Source: a virus (taxonomy: Duplodnaviria > Caudoviricetes). Taken from it: a DNA stretch of 64,000 nucleotides. The notes below the pieces were generated by a model that did no database searches, was not told the origin of the DNA, and worked only from the letters and a program-made list of their open reading frames with translations. Made by a program: the position numbers and the translations under genes. The stretch lies in IMG/VR virus record IMGVR_UViG_3300034069_002177, positions 128,001 to 192,000 of that record. One strand, written 5' to 3'. Positions 48,871 to 57,378 of this stretch are shown piece after piece. Position 1 is the first letter of the stretch. Every line of letters starts with the position of its first letter.

Positions 48871-49617
48871 ATGAGTGCATCAAATTGGGTACAGCGTATC
48901 CGTCACAACAAGGAAATTTCCGACCGCAAACGTTACTGGGAGAATGTTCTCCCAGATACGAAACTTGCTTCTGTCGAGGTAGAGCCAGGTGTTCTGGGTC
49001 TTCATATTGAGACCTTTCAACTACGTGAGGGAACTGAATTTGAAGGAGTGCGGGCGCGGCTTCAGCAGATCGAGAAAAAGATAGACACAGATAAGGCTTG
49101 TGTCTGTCCCGTCAATCGCGTTGCTGATTCTTGTGAAGCTGGAGAAGACCGCATAGGCACAGAAGGTTTCCGTATCGTCTGGTCCAAAAGCAGTGAAATC
49201 CCATCCATATTCTCAGATGACCTTACACAACGCGAAAGAGATTTCATTGCACGGCTAGAAATTGTGCCGCTTCTTGAAAGTTTCAAGCGCATCGGTTACT
49301 GCCCGCTGCTACACGCACGTCTCGTAACCGATGATGACTCATCAGGTAAGGTAATCGTCATCTCTGTCATCAGTCGCTCAGGTGCTCAAATGGAAGATTT
49401 CGAAGAAGCTCAGAACTTACTCGCACAGAAGTACGGAGCGGGACTTGTAGCGTTTTTCAATGAAGGCGAGTTCGATTCGTCTATGATGGTGTCAATCGTT
49501 ATCAGTGCTAAAGAAAACTCTGCTCAGGAAGGTGATATCTCCTTCATCGAGACGGGTACGATTCCCGTTGTCAAGGGAATTAGAAGCGCACAGAAGATAG
49601 TCACCAAGGAGATTTAA
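48871..49617 (+). CDS. Paralog of the central (pre-ATPase) domain of the downstream FtsK-like protein
   Basis: IGTEGFRIVW...RIGYCPLL aligns with VGSAGFRVWW...GLGYCTML in 49617..52709; TAATG coupling. Confidence 0.7.
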   Translation: MSASNWVQRIRHNKEISDRKRYWENVLPDTKLASVEVEPGVLGLHIETFQLREGTEFEGVRARLQQIEKKIDTDKACVCPVNRVADSCEAGEDRIGTEGFRIVWSKSSEIPSIFSDDLTQRERDFIARLEIVPLLESFKRIGYCPLLHARLVTDDDSSGKVIVISVISRSGAQMEDFEEAQNLLAQKYGAGLVAFFNEGEFDSSMMVSIVISAKENSAQEGDISFIETGTIPVVKGIRSAQKIVTKEI

Positions 49618-52600
49618 TGCGTGGTCGCGGTATACTCGGACCCTGGGAACTTTGGCGCAAGATCGCACTCGGTGGTGTCGTTGTTGTAGCAATTTTCTTG
49701 TATGTGGCGCTGTCCATTCCCGTGGGTTTCGTATTCCTCGGAATCCTTTTGGGTGCGGCGTACATCTGGAAAGACCTGTCGATGACAGATGTCAACAAGG
49801 GAATGTACATCATGATGACATTCCCCTTCCGACTGGCTACATTCTTCGTTTCCTACAAAATGAACATGCGTCAACTCCTGACGCTGAACACCGTTGCATT
49901 CGGTGCGCCAACAGATGACGAAGACCATGAAGTGGCAGCGGGTCTTGCTCCGTGGACTCGACTTTCTTCCTATTGGGTCGGATTCGTCTCTGTACTCCTT
50001 GGAATCCCGGATATCTTCTTGGTTCATGCTCACTACCCGATTTGGGGTATGGCGTTCTCTATCCCGTGGTTCATCGGCTACCCACTTAGCGTGGTCGGTT
50101 GGTTCATCATGATTCAAACCATCTTCGCCACCCGGAGAATCCAAGGTGACAAGGAAACCATCGCCGCAGTCGAGCCTCGTCCCGCTGTTCTCATCAACAA
50201 AAGCCGTGCAGAACTTCCGTTTATGGAGTTGCTGCCCAAAGCTCTCATTTACGGAAGCGGTCCGGCGTTCCTCTTACTTCTCATTGGACTTTTTGCCAAG
50301 TTACCTATTTGGTTGACTCTCGTTATCGTTCTCGCGGCGTTTGTCATGGGACTAGCTATCGCAGCAAGTCGAATCATGGCTGGTGCTTATATCGTCGGAT
50401 GGCAAGCACGAGCCGAGAGGCGTGACTTCTGGACCAATGCGTTTGAGTTCATGCGCGACAAAATTCCTGGCTTCAACGTCGAGATGCAGCTTCCTACATT
50501 AGAAGAGCATGAGAATACTCAGTTACAGAGACGACTAGCTCGTGAACGGATTGCTCGCGCACGTCGTAGTGGGGCTGCTCGTAAGGGTGGCGGTGATATC
50601 GAGGTTAGTAGTGAAGAAACAGGCGATGAGCCTTACGATCCTCAGGTCAAGATTGCTACTTTTGGATACCCTCAGGGTTCTACATTCGATGACTTCAAGG
50701 AAGTCGCGCCTCGTATCAGCAACGCACTGGGTGTGGATCTTTGTGCCATCTCTCCCATCGGAAACATCACGACTTCCAATGAGGAAGTTCCGGGTACGGT
50801 AGGTTCCGCTGGATTCCGCGTATGGTGGACTGAGACCGACCCGCCGCCCTTGCTATCACCGGATATCGACCTGTGGATGCGCGAGCTTCTCGTGCGCTCC
50901 AGAGTCATTCCTGCATTGTCAAAGGTGCGCGGTCTGGGCTACTGCACGATGTTGACTTGCTCGATGATTACTCGCCCTGAGTCAAAACGTCAAATCATGG
51001 AAGTCCGTGTCATTCCTCCCGTTGGCGTCAGCGTCCAGAGCTTCTTTGCCAACCTCGAAACCATCAAGTCGGCATTGGATGTCGAATGGGTCCGTATCAA
51101 GGGCAGCGATGACAAGTCTGCTAACGCTGGTGGTCAGGCACCTATCTCGCTGTTTATTGGAGATATGCCTACCTTCAATGATCGTACCGAGACAAGCTTC
51201 GTTCGTCCCCCCGCCGTTGTTCGTGACATGATCGACAAGATGGATTGGCAGTATTACTGGTCTGTTTTGAAGCTACAGGGATCTGATGGATTCCCCAAGC
51301 TTGCTGACCGCGTTGCAACCACTCCTATCGTGGACAAGCTAATCTTCTCCATTCCTAGTGGTATGGCATTCGAAGAGTTCCCGACGAAGTTGTCTGCAAT
51401 CAAGACGACTTCGGGTTATTCGTTCATGGAGATTCAGCAGGGTAACGAAATCGAAACCAAAGACATGACAGCAGAGGAAGCGCTAGAAGCCGAGCGCGCT
51501 CAGCAGTCGATGTTCACCGTTATCGCCAGTCGCGAAGATCCGTTGAAGCGCGTGTTCAACTTCATGGACTACAAGGACCAAATTCTTCCTGGTCGTGTTC
51601 CAGGCGAAGAGAACATTTCTTGGTCTCCTGGTGTCATGGCTGACGATGGACTAGCTGTATACGACTGGGACGCAGAAGAGCCTCACCTGTTGATTGCTGG
51701 TGCTTCCGGTAGTGGAAAATCTGTTGTTGCATCAGCATTCATCTTGCAGGTCATGCAGAACAATGGACCGGGTGAAGCTAGATTCTGGATGATTGAACCC
51801 AAGAACGAAATGCAGGTCTACCGAGATGTAGACGTTGTAGAGCGCTTCGTTGATTCGTGGACACCTGATGAGGACTTCATCAAGAACGCCGCTGACCTCA
51901 TGTGGGATGCTCGTGTAGAGATGGACAACCGCAACAAGATCTTCTCGTCTCACCCCAAGGCACCCAAGAAGCTCTCGAAAGCGCGAGAAATTGCCAAACT
52001 GGAATCTCAGCGCAACGGTACGCCGCTAGAAGACCACCCGCTCTACCTGCCATACCTGTTCATTATCCTAGAGGAGTGCGCAACGCTGTTTGCCGAGTCC
52101 TCTAACGCTGAAGAAAAGAACGAGCAGAAGCGTCTTCTCACCAACACTGCGGAAATCGCTCGTAAGGCGCGTTCGGCTGGAATCTACCTTGTTGCGCTGA
52201 CTCAGTACCCGACCAATGCGTCTATCCCTTCGGTTATCCGTCAGCAGATGCGTCGTATTGGTTTGAAGTGTCAGAATGACATGGCTTCGCGCGTTGTTAT
52301 TGAAGAGAACGGTCTCGAAAAGATCAAGACCAAGGGCGTCGGTATGATTTCACAGAAGGGCAACTACCGTTCCTTCCGTGGATTCTGGGTGAAGGATGGT
52401 GACCCTGACGAGGGCAAGCCAAACGACATTCTCGATATCCTCGGTGCCCTTCCAAAGAACCGTGGTGCTGGCTTCGGTGGAGGTGGCTCCGGTTCGGCTG
52501 CGGCTAAACCAAGGCTCGTTCTTCCTAAGCCAGACCAGACAATCTTCAACATCTGGGACTCCAGCTATGGTGGAGCAATCAGCAATGCCGTGGACGAACG

Positions 52601-52709
52601 CAAGAAAACCAAGGACAAGACTTACACCGACCTCGGTTATGTTTCACCTCAGGATCCCAAGTCTACTGATGAGGCACTGGAAGACGATGAAGACTTGGTA
52701 AGCGTCTGA
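49617..52709 (+). CDS. FtsK/SpoIIIE-family membrane DNA translocase (TcpA/TraB-like)
   Basis: Multiple N-terminal TM segments; HLLIAGASGSGKS, IEPK, IILEECA, RKARSAGIYLVALTQYP. Confidence 0.85.
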   Translation: MRGRGILGPWELWRKIALGGVVVVAIFLYVALSIPVGFVFLGILLGAAYIWKDLSMTDVNKGMYIMMTFPFRLATFFVSYKMNMRQLLTLNTVAFGAPTDDEDHEVAAGLAPWTRLSSYWVGFVSVLLGIPDIFLVHAHYPIWGMAFSIPWFIGYPLSVVGWFIMIQTIFATRRIQGDKETIAAVEPRPAVLINKSRAELPFMELLPKALIYGSGPAFLLLLIGLFAKLPIWLTLVIVLAAFVMGLAIAASRIMAGAYIVGWQARAERRDFWTNAFEFMRDKIPGFNVEMQLPTLEEHENTQLQRRLARERIARARRSGAARKGGGDIEVSSEETGDEPYDPQVKIATFGYPQGSTFDDFKEVAPRISNALGVDLCAISPIGNITTSNEEVPGTVGSAGFRVWWTETDPPPLLSPDIDLWMRELLVRSRVIPALSKVRGLGYCTMLTCSMITRPESKRQIMEVRVIPPVGVSVQSFFANLETIKSALDVEWVRIKGSDDKSANAGGQAPISLFIGDMPTFNDRTETSFVRPPAVVRDMIDKMDWQYYWSVLKLQGSDGFPKLADRVATTPIVDKLIFSIPSGMAFEEFPTKLSAIKTTSGYSFMEIQQGNEIETKDMTAEEALEAERAQQSMFTVIASREDPLKRVFNFMDYKDQILPGRVPGEENISWSPGVMADDGLAVYDWDAEEPHLLIAGASGSGKSVVASAFILQVMQNNGPGEARFWMIEPKNEMQVYRDVDVVERFVDSWTPDEDFIKNAADLMWDARVEMDNRNKIFSSHPKAPKKLSKAREIAKLESQRNGTPLEDHPLYLPYLFIILEECATLFAESSNAEEKNEQKRLLTNTAEIARKARSAGIYLVALTQYPTNASIPSVIRQQMRRIGLKCQNDMASRVVIEENGLEKIKTKGVGMISQKGNYRSFRGFWVKDGDPDEGKPNDILDILGALPKNRGAGFGGGGSGSAAAKPRLVLPKPDQTIFNIWDSSYGGAISNAVDERKKTKDKTYTDLGYVSPQDPKSTDEALEDDEDLVSV

Positions 52710-52721
52710 AGAAACGGACAG

Positions 52722-52765
52722 TTGTGAGTTCTCGGGTTGCATGGTATTGTGTAACCCGAGAAAGG
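52722..52765 (+). promoter_or_regulatory. Promoter TTGTGA-17-TATTGT embedded in 13-bp hairpin overlapping the sbcD RBS
   Basis: TTCTCGGGTTGCA 52729-52741 / TGTAACCCGAGAA 52750-52762; RBS GAGAAAGG 52758-52765. Confidence 0.65.
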
Positions 52766-52770
52766 CAAGA

Positions 52771-53937
52771 ATGATCAAGATTATCGCTATCGCGGACCCG
52801 CATGTCGATGCTACCTCTATTGGAGGATTTGATAAGGACAAGGGTATTCACTCGAACTGGGTAGAGTCCTTTGCTCGTCTGAATGACGCTATTGACGCAG
52901 CTAATGCGTGTGAAGCTCAGTTCTTCGTTGTGGCTGGTGACTTGTTCGATACCGGTAAGCCAACTGCTGAAGCTGTTGCGCTCGTTCGCGATGCCTTTCG
53001 TCGTCTTCATCCTGGTTGTATTGTCGTCATTATCGACGGCAATCACGATCAGCAGACGGTCGTGGGTAATCAGCGCACCCCTGTTGCTGCTTACTTTGGA
53101 GATCTCAAAAATGTTGTGACTGCTTCCACTCCTGAACTCATTGATATCGATGGAATGCAGTTCGCTCTAGCACCGTGGATTCGCGTAGCAGGCAAGTCGA
53201 AAGTTCGGAACATTAGCGACGAACTGAAAATGGTCGTGGAAGGTCTTTCGAACAAAGTAAAACCGGGACCGTCGATGTTCCTCGGTCACCTCGTGGTTGA
53301 TGAATGCACATTCGACAATGGGATGGATAACCGTGGCTCTGAAATGAACATGGCTACTACCTTGCTGGAAGCCCACGTTCCCACCGAACTACTCGATGCA
53401 GGCGAATGGTCACTAGCGCGGCTGGGTCACATTCACAAGCGCCAGCAACTTTCGGCAAAAACCGGTTACATCGGTTCGCCCTATAAAGTTTCGTTCGGTG
53501 AATATCGCGAGTCGAAGGGTTACGACCTCATCACTATTGACGACAAGAACAATTCTACTGTCACGTTCAAGGAACTAAAAGTCCGTAACCTCGTCAAGCT
53601 AGACCTCAGTTCAACTGGCGAAGACAGCATCACCGATATCGAAAAGGTGGGCGAACACGACATCGTTCGTCTTGTAGTTGATCACGATGGCGCTGATTCT
53701 TTGGACATCAAGAACGCTAAGGCGAGATTGGAGAAGCTTGGTATCTCTCATCAGATTTCTCGTCTGCCTCGACCCAAGCGTGATGCAATTTCTCGCGTGA
53801 ATGGTGCCGCTGTTGACACGACCCCGGTCAGCGCACTGCTGTTGTACTTGGACAGACACGGTGTAACTGAGCTTGATGAGCGCGATGCGCTGGTTCATGA
53901 ACTCAGTGCCATTCTCAACATGGTCGGGACTAAGTAA
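52771..53937 (+). CDS. sbcD: SbcD/Mre11 nuclease
   Basis: ADPHVD, VAGDLFD, IDGNHD, LGHLVV, LGHIHKRQ, YIGSP. Confidence 0.88.
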   Translation: MIKIIAIADPHVDATSIGGFDKDKGIHSNWVESFARLNDAIDAANACEAQFFVVAGDLFDTGKPTAEAVALVRDAFRRLHPGCIVVIIDGNHDQQTVVGNQRTPVAAYFGDLKNVVTASTPELIDIDGMQFALAPWIRVAGKSKVRNISDELKMVVEGLSNKVKPGPSMFLGHLVVDECTFDNGMDNRGSEMNMATTLLEAHVPTELLDAGEWSLARLGHIHKRQQLSAKTGYIGSPYKVSFGEYRESKGYDLITIDDKNNSTVTFKELKVRNLVKLDLSSTGEDSITDIEKVGEHDIVRLVVDHDGADSLDIKNAKARLEKLGISHQISRLPRPKRDAISRVNGAAVDTTPVSALLLYLDRHGVTELDERDALVHELSAILNMVGTK

Positions 53938-54492
53938 GTGAGCGATATTGTCTTTGGATTGCTCGTAGAGAACAACCAAAAGTTCCCAGCGGACGAACTG
54001 GTGGAAGCATTGGAAGATGCCGGTCGTGATGAAAAATGGTCATGGGTTCTCTGGGAACTCAACAGCGCTTACTTCGGCGTAATCAAGGGCTCATTAGGCT
54101 TCAAGGGTCGTGTTTCGCAAATCAGGCGCATCGAGGTTATTTCGCTGGGAGAAGCATTGGACGAAAGTGATGACAGCCGCGCTAAATGGATTGTTCCTGC
54201 GAAATCATCCACTGGTTCCGTCCACGAGTTTGCGCATCGCAAAATTGCCGGTTATGTTGCTGATGTATATGGCGAGAAGGTAAAGACCGAAGAAGACGCG
54301 TTCGTCAAGCCTAAAGAACGCGTTCTTGCACCCCTCAGTAGTCGCAAGAAGTTCAAGGGTATTATCCCTACAGCAACTGCCCACATGGGCTCTGAAGAAG
54401 GCGCAATGCCTGCTTCTGCCAAGCCCAATAATCCAGCACCTGCTGCATCTCCGGGTGGGGATATTGCAAGAAAATCTCGTCGCGGTAATTAG
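53938..54492 (+). CDS. Hypothetical protein
   Basis: GTG abuts sbcD stop; 184 aa. Confidence 0.6.
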   Translation: MSDIVFGLLVENNQKFPADELVEALEDAGRDEKWSWVLWELNSAYFGVIKGSLGFKGRVSQIRRIEVISLGEALDESDDSRAKWIVPAKSSTGSVHEFAHRKIAGYVADVYGEKVKTEEDAFVKPKERVLAPLSSRKKFKGIIPTATAHMGSEEGAMPASAKPNNPAPAASPGGDIARKSRRGN

Positions 54493-54601
54493 CTATCCGA
54501 CACGCCGAATAAACAACATCGTCTTTCAGAGACCATGTTAGTATTCGCGTAACGCAGGGCGTGAACATCATCCGCCTACACGAGAGAAAGGTCCGTAGTA
54601 C

Positions 54602-55282
54602 GTGTCCGATAACTACGACGAGCAGAACAACCAAGGCGATCAGAACATCACCTGGGGCAACGATAACGAAGGTCAGCAGGACGTTTCTTGGAACGCCCCA
54701 AATACCTCTGAGGAAGCCCAGGATGCGCCTCAGGAGGCGGTCAAGGTCAAGTCGAGCACTGGCTCTAACACGCTTTCCAATGGCGTCAGAAAGGCGCGTA
54801 GCGGCGAAGGTGCGGCGAACGTATTAAGTTGGTCAGATGTCGGATCCATTTTCGAGTTCACTGGAAAGTTTGAACAGCTAGAGTCAAACACGGCATCTCT
54901 CTTTTGTGAGTTATTCGACATCGACGCTGATAGTCATGTCATTGACGTAGCTCAGACTCTTTACCCATCTGGGGGAGAAATTGCTGCATTCGGCATTGTC
55001 ACCGACATTGTTGATATGGTTACCCAAGGTTCTGTTGGATTCGCAGATGGAATCAAGTTGGTCACTCGAATCGACGCCCTACCAGACCTCACCACCAAAA
55101 CGGTAGCTCGTCAGATTTCTTCTATTACGGACATTGAAATCAAGCATCGCAAGAACAGCCGTACAACCGATTTTGTCGCATCAATCCTTGATGCATTGGA
55201 CAAAACACGAGAAAGCGGTAAACTAGACAAACTGGCTGAGTTCCATGAACTCTTAGAAGTCTGGCCGGGCAACAAGAAGTAG
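54602..55282 (+). CDS. Hypothetical protein
   Basis: RBS GAAAGG, GTG start; acidic N-terminus. Confidence 0.65.
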   Translation: MSDNYDEQNNQGDQNITWGNDNEGQQDVSWNAPNTSEEAQDAPQEAVKVKSSTGSNTLSNGVRKARSGEGAANVLSWSDVGSIFEFTGKFEQLESNTASLFCELFDIDADSHVIDVAQTLYPSGGEIAAFGIVTDIVDMVTQGSVGFADGIKLVTRIDALPDLTTKTVARQISSITDIEIKHRKNSRTTDFVASILDALDKTRESGKLDKLAEFHELLEVWPGNKK

Positions 55283-55287
55283 GAGAA

Positions 55288-56130
55288 ATGACTAAAAAGT
55301 CGCTATCGAAGTGGTTCACACGCAACAAGGTATTGCTGCGCGATGTCCTCGTCTGGGTTATCATCGGTGCCATTGGTGGTACGGCGACAGCGTTCATTCC
55401 AAAAGTCTCCGAGCAGAACCGTTTGGGTGTACTTGCTAACGCAGGGATCGTCACTCTCAACATTCTCGTTTTCTACATTGCATTCGCAGGAGTGGTGAGA
55501 AATATCTTCAAGCCGTCGCAGGGTGTAATTGGTGCCGCTAAATTCATTTTCCGAAAAGACATGACAACAACCCTTTTCGGAGTGATTCTTTTCGGTATCG
55601 TCTTTGCGAGCCTTCCGACGATTGCATCCCGAGGGGTATTCCCGCTACCTCCTACGGGTCCAATCGTCATTGGGCTACTGGGGGCATGGCTCGTCATCAT
55701 TTTTGCGATGAAACGTCTATATGCCATTCAGTTCTACGAAGAGGTTCTCACGCCCAAAGAGCGCAAAAAATACGAAGCTGATTTGGTAGCGAAACCTGAG
55801 AAGGTCGAGAAAAAGGGTATGTTCCTTGTAGACCTCAATAACATGATTCGGTCACGCTCGAACAGTATCACCAAAGTCGAGAAGCCTCGTACCCACAAAG
55901 TTATTTTCCCAAGCGTGCAGTCGCTATTCGTACTGTTATCACCCGCCGTTGTGCTCTCGTGGTCTCTCTACGTATTCCCACTAGAGAGCTACACAATCTT
56001 CTCGGCAATCACCGCACCTGCTGTCATTGCGTTAGCGGGTGCTGCTTGGGGAATCTGGCACGTCAAGGGTGGATTCACCCGTGTGGTTACCAAGCGGGTA
56101 GGACGTGTCATGGAGTCCACAAAGTCCTGA
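55288..56130 (+). CDS. Polytopic membrane protein
   Basis: About six hydrophobic segments; RBS AGGAG. Confidence 0.7.
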   Translation: MTKKSLSKWFTRNKVLLRDVLVWVIIGAIGGTATAFIPKVSEQNRLGVLANAGIVTLNILVFYIAFAGVVRNIFKPSQGVIGAAKFIFRKDMTTTLFGVILFGIVFASLPTIASRGVFPLPPTGPIVIGLLGAWLVIIFAMKRLYAIQFYEEVLTPKERKKYEADLVAKPEKVEKKGMFLVDLNNMIRSRSNSITKVEKPRTHKVIFPSVQSLFVLLSPAVVLSWSLYVFPLESYTIFSAITAPAVIALAGAAWGIWHVKGGFTRVVTKRVGRVMESTKS

Positions 56131-56173
56131 TTCTTCAAGGATCTGGACTGTTCCAAAATCGCTTGAAAAAAAG

Positions 56174-56204
56174 TTATCCACAGCCCTTGTGCTCCTGTGC
56201 ACAA
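56174..56204. promoter_or_regulatory. Two DnaA-box-like 9-mers upstream of whiB-like gene
   Basis: TTATCCACA 56174-56182 (perfect) and TGTGCACAA 56196-56204 (one mismatch); overlap TTGTGC-17-TAGATT. Confidence 0.5.
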
Positions 56205-56258
56205 CCTGTTAGATTTACCCCGTTGATCGTTACTGATGTGAAGTGGGTTATTTAGCGT

Positions 56259-56942
56259 ATGGGTATACTAGACGTTTCTTGGGATAGTTCGGATTCGAAT
56301 GAAGAAGGACTGTTCCCAATTTTTGACAATATGGAGAGCCGCGTAAGGGTTCCTAAAACAGTGAAGTCGTTTGACATCACGATGCGACGCGAAGACCGCG
56401 ATATCGAGGCAGACTACGTGTTCATCGTATGGCTTGCTCGTAAAAAGGTCGGCGGCGTTTTCAATGATGGAAGTGGTCAAGCTATTTCTCGCGATGAAGG
56501 GCATCTCGCTGTCTGTGCAAAACCAGACCTTTTCCCCATCATCAATCCCGAGATTGGACCTCTGGATATCGATGACTTCTTTGCAGAGTTACCTTTTGCC
56601 GAAGACTATGACGCAGGCGAGGACAATGAGCAGTACCAACTCGACTATGTGAGTTCGGCTATCAAGATAATCAATGCGAAGAATGCATGCAAGGCATGCC
56701 CCCTTCGTGCCAAGTGTCTTGCTGATTCAATTCTTATGGGTGATGAAGATCGTGATTTCGGTGCGAATTCAAACGTTCGACCACTTCCTGGTATCTGGGG
56801 AGGGCGTGAGTTGAAAGATCGCAAGAGCGTGGCACGTCGTTTCAAGGCAATTCGAAATGACTATCTCTCGAACGATATGTCAGCCGACAAGCGTCGTATG
56901 TACGAGCGCAAGGCATCGCAGTTTATCGATGACCGACCTTAA
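56259..56942 (+). CDS. WhiB-family Fe-S transcription factor, extended
   Basis: C-x57-C-x2-C-x5-C and GIWGG, basic C-terminus. Confidence 0.75.
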   Translation: MGILDVSWDSSDSNEEGLFPIFDNMESRVRVPKTVKSFDITMRREDRDIEADYVFIVWLARKKVGGVFNDGSGQAISRDEGHLAVCAKPDLFPIINPEIGPLDIDDFFAELPFAEDYDAGEDNEQYQLDYVSSAIKIINAKNACKACPLRAKCLADSILMGDEDRDFGANSNVRPLPGIWGGRELKDRKSVARRFKAIRNDYLSNDMSADKRRMYERKASQFIDDRP

Positions 56943-57378
56943 GCAGTACATCAAAGATAATGGTGCAAGAGATATTCCTACCTTGGCATATCTAACTGGC
57001 ATTGATGAGGAAATTCTTGTGGGTGTTTCCGAGGGCAGACTGAGCCTTGGCGAGATCCATAAGAAAGCCATCAAGAAAGTATTGCCCGAAATGCCTGACT
57101 CATTGATGTCCCCTAAGTATCGTGACTTTCCTTCCGACATAGAGACCTCTAAGGGTCAGATTCCTGAGGGTACGATGTTGTTGCAAATTCAAGCAGAAGA
57201 AGTACAATTGGGAGACATGCTCCTTGCCGCTCACAAAACTTCGGTTGCGGGATCGCACTGGGCTGTTGTATCATCCATCAAGCAACAAGGTAAAAACCTC
57301 ATCATCAGAATCGGAAACGGTATCGATATAGGGGTGAGCAAGACCAACTTAGTGAAAGTAGCCAGAAAAAGACAATGA
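56929..57378 (+). CDS. Hypothetical protein (HTH-like N-terminus, SH3/KOW-like C-terminus)
   Basis: ATG 56929 overlaps whiB end; IPTLAYLTGIDEEIL; VQLGDML..WAVVSSI. Confidence 0.55.
   Translation: MTDLKQYIKDNGARDIPTLAYLTGIDEEILVGVSEGRLSLGEIHKKAIKKVLPEMPDSLMSPKYRDFPSDIETSKGQIPEGTMLLQIQAEEVQLGDMLLAAHKTSVAGSHWAVVSSIKQQGKNLIIRIGNGIDIGVSKTNLVKVARKRQ

Noticed and set aside
54495-54505. Reverse-strand TGTCGG, plus reverse TGTCAG at 8801 and 61066
   Set aside because: No -10 element at N10 on that strand and no gene to drive
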